This document shows, piece by piece, positions 8,310 to 18,268 of a DNA stretch of 64,000 bases. Both the position numbers and the translations under genes were made by a program. The notes beneath the pieces are model-generated. The model searched no databases, was not told the DNA's origin, and worked only from the letters and a program-made list of their open reading frames with translations. Numbering within the stretch: the first letter of the stretch is position 1; each line of letters begins with the position of its first letter. The stretch spans positions 24,114 to 88,113 of the forward strand of contig CBCXTT010000003.1 of NCBI GenBank assembly GCA_965178295.1, in the 5' to 3' direction. Source of the DNA: Alphaproteobacteria bacterium (GTDB lineage Bacteria; Pseudomonadota; Alphaproteobacteria; UBA7879).

Positions 8310-8924
8310 ATGAGATGGGTTTTACTATGCTGCCTACCCTTTTTCTTGACTGGGTGCGTTCATATCTTTCCGGAGCAGCCCTCTGGGGTGAAAACAATCG
8401 TCATTCGAGCGGAAGGATGTTCAGCGGTTGAAGGACCAGAGGTAGAATCGCAGTTAATTGTTGAACGTCCTACCACAAGCTCGGAGTTGGATAAAAATAT
8501 CATTGCTGTTATGGGTGAGACAGATACACTTCTGTATATTTCGGATACAGTTTTGTCCGATGACTTGACCGAGGTAATTGAGCGCGCGACAATTGAGGCT
8601 TTTTTGGAGAGTAAAAAAATAAAAGGTGTTGGAGGAAATGGGAGCGGTATTAGCGCAGATTATATTTTGCTGAGCGATATCGACTCTTTTGGTCTATACG
8701 TACCACATAAAGGCGCAACACCAGAAGCACGCTTTGAGATGGTAGGCCAGTTGGTGGATGTTAAAACGCGGAAAGTTGTTTCTAAAAAACGCTTCAGTGC
8801 GATGGTTCCCGTACCAGCAAAGACAGTATCTGTAGTTGCAAACGCACTGAATGATGTTGTTTCGCACGTGCTCAGGGATGTTTTGACCTGGGTGCTTTCT
8901 GCAGGGCATGTGGCGCTAAAATAA
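8310..8924 (+). CDS. Lipoprotein, likely ABC-transport auxiliary component (DUF330/PqiC/YmbA-like)
   Basis: Signal peptide with lipobox FFLTGC. ~200 aa, immediately downstream of the MlaD-like gene, as is typical for DUF330 partners of MCE proteins. Confidence 0.6.
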   Translation: MRWVLLCCLPFFLTGCVHIFPEQPSGVKTIVIRAEGCSAVEGPEVESQLIVERPTTSSELDKNIIAVMGETDTLLYISDTVLSDDLTEVIERATIEAFLESKKIKGVGGNGSGISADYILLSDIDSFGLYVPHKGATPEARFEMVGQLVDVKTRKVVSKKRFSAMVPVPAKTVSVVANALNDVVSHVLRDVLTWVLSAGHVALK

Positions 8925-9340
8925 CACACGAAGTGGCGTAAGATATCTTGCCTGTATTGCATCATGTTTTGCAGGAAGCGCGAATCGAGATATATATGTC
9001 GAGTAGCGCATGCTCGATACCCCCAGTATGGCGAGCAATCATCGTGCTGTTGACTCTTGCGTAAAACAACAATATGTATTGCATTTTCCTTGAGTTTTTT
9101 CTGACCTGAAGGAGCAATCCTACGTGTCTTCATGAGATAGAGTTCTGCTGTACAGTCTGTAATTTATTTAATTTTTCAGTCGAGAGTGTGCGTGAAGACG
9201 CTCTTGGCGCAACAAAAATTTGCGATAGTGCGTCAAGTAACTGCATCAGATAGAAATATGTGAGTGATGCCTTTCCCAGGATACACTGACATCATACGGT
9301 AGCTATTGCATGCACATTGAGGACGTTTTTTCCATATCCT

Positions 9341-10174
9341 TCACTGTTTGTTGATGTGGCGATGATAACAATGGGGGCAGGAAAAATTTTCTTCGTATAG
9401 AACACTTGATTCATCTTCTTTTGTGAGGGGGGCGCGACACCTGTAACACTGCTTCATGCCGGTCTCCTGGAGTTTGAAATTCAGAGCGACACGCTTGTCA
9501 AAAACAAAGCAATCTCCTTCATAGTGTGCGCCACCACATTTTTCAAAGTATTTTAAAATGCCTCCCTCTAGTTGTACTACATTATGGAATCCATTCTGTT
9601 GCATATATGGCGCAGCTTTTTCACAACGAATGCCGCCAGTGCAAAACGTGACAATAGGGATTGTTGGACTAATGTTGCGTAAGTTTTGTATTGCATCTGC
9701 AAATTCTTTGAAATGGGTCATCTGAAAATGAATCGAATTTTTAAAGGTGCCGACACGGACTTCATAGTCATTTCGTGTATCTATGATAATAAAGTTTTTT
9801 CCAGAGTCGTACCAACTCTTGAGTGCCTCTGGCGTGATGTAGGGAGCTGGGTTGGATGCTGGGTCAAGGGTGCGCTGGCTAAACGGAATGGTTTCCCGCT
9901 TAATCCGTACAAGCATGCGGGTAAAAGGCTGGGCGCTGCTGTAGCTCTCTTTCCCTTCTAAATGCTCAAGTCCATCTATTTGATGCACACACTCTAGAAA
10001 GGCGTAGACATTTTCTTTGTAACCTGCAATAAAGAAGTTAATGCCTTCAGGAGCTAAGAGCACGGTACCTTTTAAATTCTCAGAACGAGCTTTGGACAGT
10101 AGTGCTTCTTTATGCGCTTTAAGTCCATTAAGGTGTAAAAATTTATAAGTCGATATATTTAGATATTGTTGCAT
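9341..10174 (-). CDS. trhO: Rhodanese-domain tRNA U34 hydroxylase TrhO (YceA/UPF0176)
   Basis: N-terminal UPF0176 region followed by a rhodanese domain with active-site CTGGIRCEK and a C-terminal Cys pair (CYRC...CPHC). Confidence 0.85.
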   Translation of the reverse strand: MQQYLNISTYKFLHLNGLKAHKEALLSKARSENLKGTVLLAPEGINFFIAGYKENVYAFLECVHQIDGLEHLEGKESYSSAQPFTRMLVRIKRETIPFSQRTLDPASNPAPYITPEALKSWYDSGKNFIIIDTRNDYEVRVGTFKNSIHFQMTHFKEFADAIQNLRNISPTIPIVTFCTGGIRCEKAAPYMQQNGFHNVVQLEGGILKYFEKCGGAHYEGDCFVFDKRVALNFKLQETGMKQCYRCRAPLTKEDESSVLYEENFSCPHCYHRHINKQ

Positions 10175-10245
10175 TTGTTCAACATTTCCCTTGAATTTAC
10201 AGCATTATATACTATAGTTTACTGTAGTTCACAAGACGTTTGTGA

Positions 10246-10554
10246 ATGCAAAAGGCGCTTTTATGCTACTACCTAAAAAGATCATATTGTAATCAGATAG
10301 CGAAGGAGGCGCGTCGTCTACTTGAATCAGCGATTAAAGGATTCCAATTTGATGTCAAAGAGCCCGATATGTTTTATCGATCGTACGATCTGTTTTTTCA
10401 GGGCATGACAGAAATTATGACACATGATTCACAAAAGATTGCACCTGATGTAATGGCAGCGGAGACGATACCTTCTTGTCATGATAACAGTATTCACAGT
10501 CTCTTGATTATCGTCTCGTCTTGTGTTTCTGAGGGCATTTTAGCTGGAATATGA
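10246..10554 (+). CDS. Hypothetical small protein (102 aa); may be non-coding
   Basis: ORF only. No family recognised. Sits in the trhO-lptC intergenic region. Confidence 0.2.
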   Translation: MQKALLCYYLKRSYCNQIAKEARRLLESAIKGFQFDVKEPDMFYRSYDLFFQGMTEIMTHDSQKIAPDVMAAETIPSCHDNSIHSLLIIVSSCVSEGILAGI

Positions 10555-10586
10555 TTATGAATGAAGGTATCTATGCTTAACATCGA

Positions 10587-11261
10587 ATGAATGATCTTCA
10601 TAAAAAAAAGCAGCATATTGCATCGCAAAAAGCTTTGTCGCGCAAGCGCTCTGTTCATTTAGCGTCAGTTTTTATTACTTTGAGCGCTGTCTTTGTTGCT
10701 ATTGTTGTATCTTGGCCGCATATTGTTCGTTTCTTTGCAGAGACGGATGATGCCGCTGCCCTCAATGCTTTCGAGCAAAATGTTATTACAGCGCAGTCTA
10801 AGGCTTTATCGCGTGTGAAACCGAGCGAAGTGCATGGAGCAAAGTTTTTTCATTCTGGGCCAGATAAAACGCTTATTACAATAAAATCTGAGCGAGTTGC
10901 GCGTCCCGAAGATGATGGGTCTGTGCATTTAGAACATGTGTCGGGGAGTGCGCAGCTTACGGATGGGAGTTCTGTTTTTATCACGGCAGATAAAGGGGAA
11001 GTGGTGCCGGATACAGCAGGCCACTTCTCGCTTGAGGGCAGTGTCAATATTATGCAAGAGCAGGGCCATGAATTGCTCACAGAGATGGCCAATATTGACT
11101 TTCCGTCACAAAAAATTGTCGTCCCTAATCAAATTGACATCATCTCGCCGATGGGAAAAATGAAAGGAGAAAGTGGTGTGATTGATTATAAAAATCATAC
11201 ATTGGCAATGGCTGGAAAATCTAAGATCATATTTAATAGAGAGAAAGGGAGCGGTCATTGA
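10587..11261 (+). CDS. lptC: LPS export protein LptC (membrane-anchored)
   Basis: 224 aa with an N-terminal TM anchor (LASVFITLSAVFVAIVV). Immediately upstream of lptA with a 4-nt overlap, consistent with the lptCAB arrangement. Confidence 0.7.
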   Translation: MNDLHKKKQHIASQKALSRKRSVHLASVFITLSAVFVAIVVSWPHIVRFFAETDDAAALNAFEQNVITAQSKALSRVKPSEVHGAKFFHSGPDKTLITIKSERVARPEDDGSVHLEHVSGSAQLTDGSSVFITADKGEVVPDTAGHFSLEGSVNIMQEQGHELLTEMANIDFPSQKIVVPNQIDIISPMGKMKGESGVIDYKNHTLAMAGKSKIIFNREKGSGH

Positions 11262-12067
11262 GCAAGATAATAGTGTTTGCATTTCTCTCTATGCTCTCAT
11301 GCTGTGTGGCATGTGAAACGATTGTCACATGTGACAATGGCCTCACAGTGTATGAAGCAGAAAATTATTTTACAGCTCACGGTAATGTGTCTGTAGAGCA
11401 TGAGCATATTAAAGCACGTGCGGATAGGGGGCGGGGCGTTGTCAGGCAGAATAAGAAAATGCGGACGGTAGAGACATTGAGTCTTGATGGGCACTTAGAG
11501 GTTGAATCGAACGGCCTCCATATTGCAGCAGACAAAGGTATATATGACCTACTACACAATAGGTTGACGCTGCACGGTAATGTGATTCGTGTTAACGCTC
11601 AGGATATAAGGGCGGAGACTCATGGGGAGGTGGTATATTTACCCAATAGATCTCTATTGAAAGGTCGGCAGCGTACAATATTGAAAAAAGATGACGCAAT
11701 TTTTTCTGGTGATAAATTTGATGTTGTATTTTTAAAGCCGGACTCTCGTGTGCAGAAACAAGCCATAGAAGATGTATCCTACATATATGTTCGCGGTGAT
11801 TTGACATTTTTTTGTGGTGAGGCTATTATGTTTGCGTCTCATGCTTTATACGATGTTCCATCAGACAAGATTTATGCGTTTGGTGAGGTGCGAGTGAGTC
11901 TAGAGACACACCAACTGGAGGCCCCGTTTGTTTTAATGGATCGATCCCAAGGGACAGTTGAGTTAGGCGACACTATTCCACAGGGTATGAAGGCACAATA
12001 TCCATATGTAAGCGCGTTGCATGCAGATTCCATGCATGAGCACGATGGTATTCGGGTGTTATTTTAA
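11258..12067 (+). CDS. lptA: LPS export periplasmic protein LptA (OstA-like)
   Basis: Signal peptide. OstA-like beta-jellyroll repeats (GNV motifs: AHGNVSVEH, LHGNVIRVN, AFGEVRV). Position between lptC and lptB. Confidence 0.8.
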   Translation: MSKIIVFAFLSMLSCCVACETIVTCDNGLTVYEAENYFTAHGNVSVEHEHIKARADRGRGVVRQNKKMRTVETLSLDGHLEVESNGLHIAADKGIYDLLHNRLTLHGNVIRVNAQDIRAETHGEVVYLPNRSLLKGRQRTILKKDDAIFSGDKFDVVFLKPDSRVQKQAIEDVSYIYVRGDLTFFCGEAIMFASHALYDVPSDKIYAFGEVRVSLETHQLEAPFVLMDRSQGTVELGDTIPQGMKAQYPYVSALHADSMHEHDGIRVLF

Positions 12068-12077
12068 ATAGAGGGCT

Positions 12078-12815
12078 ATGTTGATGATCAATAATGCACT
12101 GGCTTTAGAGCATATTGGGAAGTCATTTAAAGATCGGCCAGTGCTGCGTGATGTGAGCCTGTGCGTGCAACCAGGCGAAGTTGTAGGGCTCTTGGGACCG
12201 AATGGGGCGGGTAAAACAACCTGTTTCTATATCATGTCGGGTTTGATAAAACCGGACTATGGAAAAATAATTCTTTACGGTGAAGATATTTCGCGCCTGC
12301 CACTTTACAGACGATCAAGGCTCGGTATTGGGTATTTGCCTCAAGAAACATCTGTTTTTCGAGGACTGACGGTTGAGGATAATCTTCAGGCTGTTTTAGA
12401 GATTATGGAACCAGTACCAGAGAAGCGTGAATCGATGCTAGAAGATCTGTTGGGTGAGTTTTCCATCAGTCACTTGCGCCATACATCCTCTATTGCATTG
12501 TCTGGTGGAGAGCGGCGACGGCTAGAAATTGCTCGGGCATTGGCTCTTCAGCCCAAGTTTATTATGCTTGACGAGCCCTTAGCGGGCATTGATCCTATTG
12601 CAATCGAGGATATTCGTGAGTTAATCGGGCGCTTAAAGATTCATGATATTGGAGTATTAATTACAGATCATAATGTGCGAGATACGTTAAGTGTTGTGGA
12701 TCGCGCATACATTTTAAATGACGGCGTTGTTCTGGCTGAAGGCTCTCCGCAATCTATTGTGGGACACAAAGAGGTACGGCGTGTCTATTTGGGCGAGAGC
12801 TTTACCTCTTTTTAA
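12078..12815 (+). CDS. lptB: LPS export ABC transporter ATPase LptB
   Basis: Walker A GPNGAGKTT, ABC signature LSGGERRRLEIARAL, Walker B IMLDEP. Family-typical length (245 aa). Confidence 0.9.
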   Translation: MLMINNALALEHIGKSFKDRPVLRDVSLCVQPGEVVGLLGPNGAGKTTCFYIMSGLIKPDYGKIILYGEDISRLPLYRRSRLGIGYLPQETSVFRGLTVEDNLQAVLEIMEPVPEKRESMLEDLLGEFSISHLRHTSSIALSGGERRRLEIARALALQPKFIMLDEPLAGIDPIAIEDIRELIGRLKIHDIGVLITDHNVRDTLSVVDRAYILNDGVVLAEGSPQSIVGHKEVRRVYLGESFTSF

Positions 12816-12912
12816 GTTTTTTTCTCTTTTATATTGAGCACACCTATTGCCTTTATTGAATAATGTTTGTATAAGAGATTAACTTCTGTTGTAGCCTAAT
12901 AGGAAGATACCA

Positions 12913-13476
12913 TTGTTTATTAAGACCGCTGATACACCAAATCCAAATACGATGCAGTTTTTTCCGGGACGTGTTCTGGTAGAAACAGGCCGTGGTGTAG
13001 ATTTTCCCCGGCGTGAAGCAGCGTTGAATTGCCCGTTGGCCTTAAAGCTATTTTCTGTTGAAGGCGTGGAAGAGATTTTTATTGGCCATGACTTTATCAG
13101 TGTGACCAAGACAGAAACATGGGATTGGTACGTTCTAAAACCACTGGTTTTAGGCTCTATAATGGATATTCTAGTGTTGGATCGGCCACTTTTCAAAGAT
13201 GCGGGAGAAGTAGTATCCTCGCCCCCTGTTGAAGACGCAGATGAAGATCCTCTAATTCTGCAGATAAAAGATTTGTTGGACACACGTATTCGGCCATCTG
13301 TTGCTATGGACGGAGGAGACATTACCTTTGTCCGTTTTGAAGATGGAATTGTGTATTTAGAGATGAAAGGGGCGTGTTCGGGATGTCCTAGCTCTGCTGT
13401 GACACTGAAATCAGGTATTGAAAATATGCTGAAGCATTATGTGCCTGAGGTTGTAGGAGTTGAATCTATAGAATAA
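12913..13476 (+). CDS. Nfu/NifU-like Fe-S cluster scaffold protein (Nfu_N domain plus C-terminal NifU CxxC domain)
   Basis: TTG start. MFIKTADTPNPNTMQFFPG matches the Nfu N-terminal domain. C-terminal GACSGCPSS motif (CxxC) of the NifU-like domain. Confidence 0.8.
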   Translation: MFIKTADTPNPNTMQFFPGRVLVETGRGVDFPRREAALNCPLALKLFSVEGVEEIFIGHDFISVTKTETWDWYVLKPLVLGSIMDILVLDRPLFKDAGEVVSSPPVEDADEDPLILQIKDLLDTRIRPSVAMDGGDITFVRFEDGIVYLEMKGACSGCPSSAVTLKSGIENMLKHYVPEVVGVESIE

Positions 13477-13526
13477 TTTTCTATTTTATATGTTGCGACG
13501 AGTGATAGGGGAGGGGATGAAAGTGT

Positions 13527-14138
13527 ATGACAACACTGGCTGTCTATAAGATAAAATTTTTTTATGGCGCTCTTGCACTTGTTTCACTGACTTGCATTTT
13601 AGTGAAAATGGACTATACGATGGCACCACAAGTGGTATCGCCATTCCGAAATATCGATATTATTGTAGTTAAGGCTGCGAAGAAACCTCACCTATTTCAG
13701 GGTTATAATGATCGCTGCGATCCGACTCAGCAGGTTTGTTCGGCAACAGAAGAAGATATCGATACGCTGGCACGTACGATTTGGGCTGAAGCGCGTGGCG
13801 ATGGTTATGAAGGCATGCGTGCTGTTGCTGAAGTGATCGTGAACAGAGCGCTAGATCCTAAGCGTTGGCCATCTTCTATCTCCGAGGTCGCAAAGCAGAA
13901 CCGCCAGTTTTCTTGCTGGAATAAGCGTGATCCAAATCGTCGTAAACTTTTGAATGTAACAGAATCTGATAAAGATTTTTGCTTGGCTATGGAAAGCGCA
14001 CGGGATGCCGTAGAAGGGAACAGCCCTATTCGGCGGAGCAATATAACACACTTTCACACACACCGTGTGGCTCCGCAGTGGGCTCAAGGTCAGACGCCTG
14101 ACATGACCATCGGCGGACATGTTTTTTACACGCTGTAA
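13527..14138 (+). CDS. Cell-wall hydrolase of the SleB/CwlJ (Hydrolase_2) family
   Basis: LARTIWAEARGDGYEGMRAVAEVIVNRA...QFSCWN... motifs. N-terminal hydrophobic segment. Confidence 0.8.
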   Translation: MTTLAVYKIKFFYGALALVSLTCILVKMDYTMAPQVVSPFRNIDIIVVKAAKKPHLFQGYNDRCDPTQQVCSATEEDIDTLARTIWAEARGDGYEGMRAVAEVIVNRALDPKRWPSSISEVAKQNRQFSCWNKRDPNRRKLLNVTESDKDFCLAMESARDAVEGNSPIRRSNITHFHTHRVAPQWAQGQTPDMTIGGHVFYTL

Positions 14139-15362
14139 ATAGGTCCTGTTTGAACGGGTGACTCGTTAGACGTTTGTCTCCATCTAACATACAGTAATTA
14201 AAATCTCTTCCTAGAGCTTTACTTCAATCACATTTTGCAATATTTTTCTCTATATTGCGCAACAGATTCTCTGTCCATTGTGTCTTTTGTTCACCCAATC
14301 TATCCGTCGGGATGAATGATAATAACACTGTAGCATATGTTGCGTTATCTGCAACTTTTGCAATAGGGGGAGCATGAATCTCTTTTTCAGTATTTCTGGC
14401 GCAGGCGATGCAAGAATCATCATATGATTATAGGTGATAGATTTTATCTCTGCACCTGGTTTCTAGCAACTATGCTAGAATTTTTTTTGATACATATTAC
14501 ACAAAGGGGATATTTTTTCTAGACACCATACGTACGCTACGTGCGCTCAGTTGTCAGGACATTTTTTCAGAGGGGCGTGATACCAGGATCGTGGTCAGTA
14601 TACTGATAGTGTGTCCACATACTCCGCATAACCGGCGCGCACTTATATGCAAAGTTATCGAAGGTATCTGACTACGCTGTCTGTGATAGGTGCTATGAAT
14701 AGGACCGCATGTTTGCAGATACCCATTCTGTTTTTTTTGGCGTATCGCATAATGTAGTTACAAAATAAACATGAGATTATCACTGTTTTTTCCCTGTTGA
14801 CGCCCATCAATGCACTTGCAGTGTATGCCTGACCGAAAGTTAAGCAATGTTTGACAAAAGGCAAAGTGGTATTATTTCTGGTTTACAGCACATATTTGTG
14901 TGATAGTACCTGACTAGACTATATGGAGACTCTTCGGCGAACAATCCCTTGCGTTTGTGCACAGGCTCAGATGCAAATCAGTTGATTGTTTGTGAAACAA
15001 TGAATAAATCCCATGAGGATAGCATCTGTATATTGGAACGCAGGGAGAAAGATGGGGGGATGTCTTGAGAACGGGTGTATGCACCCCCGGGCCTTGGAGC
15101 GGTGAGTATGGCGCATATCTTTTATGCCTCATACGGCAATCAGGAGGGAGAAGCACCACGTGCGAAGAAATTTTGATACCCAAGATCCCCTGCATCATTG
15201 CCTATACTAGGTATAGATATTCTGTGTTTCTCCATTCTATTATATGGATATAAATTGATTGTTATTTTCCTGGAATTTCATTAATAATTGTAGCATTAAT
15301 GAGGAGATTGCATGAAGAATCTCCACTGTTCCCATATTTGCAAGAAGGTTTTGATATAACTT

Positions 15363-16778
15363 ATGACGAAGAGATATATAACTATATTTTCTGTATTTTT
15401 GTTAGGAGGTATTCTATGGCATATACCCCATCCAGAGGCGTTAACAGATAGGGCGTGGCATTTATTTATTGTGTTTTTTATGACGCTTTCTTGTGTTATT
15501 TTACGTCCCGTGCCTATGAGCGTGACCGCTCTTACCGCGATTGCAGTGTGCACTTTGTCAGGTATCATGCCTCTGTCCAATGCGCTTGATAGTTATAGCA
15601 CCCCAGTGGTATGGCTAGTTTTTTGCGCATTTTTAATCGCGCGCGGACTTAGCGTAACAGGTTTAGGGACACGTCTTGCCTACTTCTTTATGCGTTTATG
15701 TGGTCAAAGTGTCGTCGGTATGGGGTATGGTTTTGTGTTGACAGATCTTGTTCTGGCTCCTGCAATACCGAGTAATACTGCCCGTGGCGCAGGCCTTATT
15801 TTTCCTGTACTGCAGTCACTTGTTGCAGAATTTAAGAACAAATTTAATACGTCGATGCAGCACAAAAAATTTGGTGCGTACTTGGCTACTGTCTCTTTTC
15901 ATGGCAACCTTGTCACATCTAGCATGTTTCTAACAGCAGTTGCAGCCAATCCACTTTCGGCCGCATTAGCACAATCTGCAGACGTGGATATAACGTGGGG
16001 TATTTGGGCCTTGGCCGCTAGTGTTCCAGGTGTTGTGTGTCTTGCAGCTGTGCCCCTTCTTTTGTATACAGTGCATCGCCCAGAACTACCGTTGGGTGAG
16101 GATGCGCGTGTATTCGCTATGCAGTGCTTAGAAGACATGGGACCCATGACACGCAAAGAGTGGATTATGGCCGCGACATTCATGGGATTGCTTGTGTTAT
16201 GGGTTGGTGGTGCCTTTTTTAGTGTGAGCGCCGCTGCTTCAGCTATTCTGGGCATTGTGATTTTACTCTGGACAAATGTGTTGACGTGGGAAGATGTTTT
16301 GTCAGAGCACGCAGCCTGGAACACCTTCATTTGGTTTGGAGCGCTTTTAATGTTGGCGACTGAGTTGCAAAAATCAGGATTTGTGGCATGGTTTGGGGAC
16401 CAAATGCTTTTAGCGATGCAGGCATTTTCTTGGAAGCAAACATTCTTGGTTGGTGCGGCTACTTATTGCTTAGTACAGTATTTTTATGCAGGCATTACAG
16501 CACTTGTAAGTTCCTTGTATGCTATTTTTCTTCAAGTGATGATTATGACGGGAGTGCCACCATTTTTGGCTGCAATGATGTTATGTGCGCAAAGCTCTCT
16601 TGTGGCGGGTGTTACCCATTATGGTACGGGCTCTTCTCCTGTGTTTTATGGCGCTCGTTATGTGTCCATGGCACAATGGTGGAGAATTGGTGGAGGAATG
16701 GCTTTATTTTATCTGACTATATTTTGTTTTATTGGAGGCGCTTGGTGGTTTTTTCTTGGGTTGTGGGATTGGCCATAA
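15363..16778 (+). CDS. DASS-family (SLC13-like) anion/dicarboxylate transporter
   Basis: 471 aa polytopic membrane protein with the DASS signature PSNTARGAG and a repeated-domain architecture. Confidence 0.85.
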   Translation: MTKRYITIFSVFLLGGILWHIPHPEALTDRAWHLFIVFFMTLSCVILRPVPMSVTALTAIAVCTLSGIMPLSNALDSYSTPVVWLVFCAFLIARGLSVTGLGTRLAYFFMRLCGQSVVGMGYGFVLTDLVLAPAIPSNTARGAGLIFPVLQSLVAEFKNKFNTSMQHKKFGAYLATVSFHGNLVTSSMFLTAVAANPLSAALAQSADVDITWGIWALAASVPGVVCLAAVPLLLYTVHRPELPLGEDARVFAMQCLEDMGPMTRKEWIMAATFMGLLVLWVGGAFFSVSAAASAILGIVILLWTNVLTWEDVLSEHAAWNTFIWFGALLMLATELQKSGFVAWFGDQMLLAMQAFSWKQTFLVGAATYCLVQYFYAGITALVSSLYAIFLQVMIMTGVPPFLAAMMLCAQSSLVAGVTHYGTGSSPVFYGARYVSMAQWWRIGGGMALFYLTIFCFIGGAWWFFLGLWDWP

Positions 16779-17743
16779 TTATATATTAGCACATACGCCA
16801 ACAAGACCGATAAGGGCTTTGAGTATTGCGTTATGGAGTGTTGCACTAAACTTATTGGAGCTATTTTTGTACCGCAAAATTTTTTTCAGGATAATACAGG
16901 TGTATACCTTACGCTTGACTTGTCCACCCTGTTTTTTTGTTCATGAGTCTTGCTGTATTGTTTAGATGTGGTCCTTTAATATCTAAGAGGGTGACAAAAT
17001 CTAAGACGCACTTTTACCCATACACTGAGTAGGAGTACTATATTGCCCGCAGTGCAAGAGAGACGTGTAGAACGCGTGAGATAACTGAAAAAGTTCGAGT
17101 AATCTAGTAGGCACATCGTGCCTATTGCTGCAAGGCGTCTTATCCCTAGATGCCTACCTCTAGCGCTTTGTCATCATACATCCTTTTTATGCTACAACTG
17201 TGCACACGTTGCTAGAATGTAAGTTAGGACCCGGTCCTTTGGTGACCCAAGAGCAATCATGCTGCACAGGGTGAGCGATATAGGAATTGTGAGTTAGCAT
17301 GCATTTCTTAAGGTACGCCTTGTCTTTTTAAAAATTCTGGCAGATATCATAACGTGTGGAAATCCCATGTGTTCGTTCCTTTATAAAGTAGTAGATCCCT
17401 CTTTTCCCCAGTCTCCTGCTGATCATTCAACTGAGCCAAAAAGTGTTCCCGTGATGTTCAAGTGACGTTTTGAAATATTATTCCAGCCTAGTGTACAAGA
17501 CGTCGTCCAGGGAAACGACTAATAAAAAATGCAGGAGGGATTTGCGCATGAATCTGCTTCAGCGTGCAATGTTCAAAATGCATTGCATCAGTACAATACT
17601 GCCCCCCGATACGCCGCGCCCTCAAATCTATACACTTTTCTCACTACTGTAGGAGATTTTCGCGCTCAACGGTACGCAAGTTATATCGAAGGCATTCCAT
17701 CCTAGACTTCTTGGTCTATTTTCGATAAAATTCTCTAAAGTTT

Positions 17744-18265
17744 ATGGGATGGCGGATAATGGTTAAGAAAAAAAGCTTGGGGCTTTGGATACAATATATA
17801 ATGAGTGGATTGGTAATAGGTTACCCCTCTTATTTTTTTTTTGCTGGTGGCATCTTCACTCAAGAGACGCAAGATGTTGAGAGCTTAGTCCGCAATAGAA
17901 AGATAGAGAAGTCGTCCCCAAAAGCACGCAAACACCGATGGTATATTCACCAAGACATTGAATCGCCTTATGCACAAGTCTTCACCGCTCTTTCCCCTGC
18001 GGATGTGCGCCACCACTTGCTGAAGATTGCGGCCGAACATCATGACAAAGCGCCTGAACTTGGTGAGCATTACTATGAGTGGATTGCTCATTTGCCAAAG
18101 AAACATGCGCAAGCGTTACTCAGGCTGCTGAACGGTACTGCACCGGTTGATTGGGAATCTCGCATTGTGAAAGTGCAGAAATTGAGGCCACATGATCGGA
18201 TGCGTTATTTATTCTCAAAAAAAATCCACAGCTGTGAAGTAGATGATCCTAACTGTCTGGAGTAG
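17744..18265 (+). CDS. Hypothetical membrane-anchored protein (173 aa)
   Basis: ORF with an N-terminal TM (LWIQYIMSGLVIGYPSYFFFAGGIF). No family recognised. Confidence 0.4.
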   Translation: MGWRIMVKKKSLGLWIQYIMSGLVIGYPSYFFFAGGIFTQETQDVESLVRNRKIEKSSPKARKHRWYIHQDIESPYAQVFTALSPADVRHHLLKIAAEHHDKAPELGEHYYEWIAHLPKKHAQALLRLLNGTAPVDWESRIVKVQKLRPHDRMRYLFSKKIHSCEVDDPNCLE

Positions 18266-18268
18266 TGA

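Noticed and set aside
8660-9133. 157-aa minus-strand ORF overlapping the lipoprotein gene and downstream spacer
   Set aside because: It overlaps a better-supported plus-strand lipoprotein gene. It has no family resemblance and no RBS.
12879-13322. 147-aa minus-strand ORF opposite the nfu-like gene
   Set aside because: The plus-strand gene has clear Nfu_N and NifU CxxC motifs. The minus ORF is Ser/Arg/Thr-rich low-complexity.
16388-16789. 133-aa plus-strand ORF overlapping the DASS transporter 3' end
   Set aside because: It is out of frame with and internal to the 471-aa transporter gene, which has full-length family similarity.
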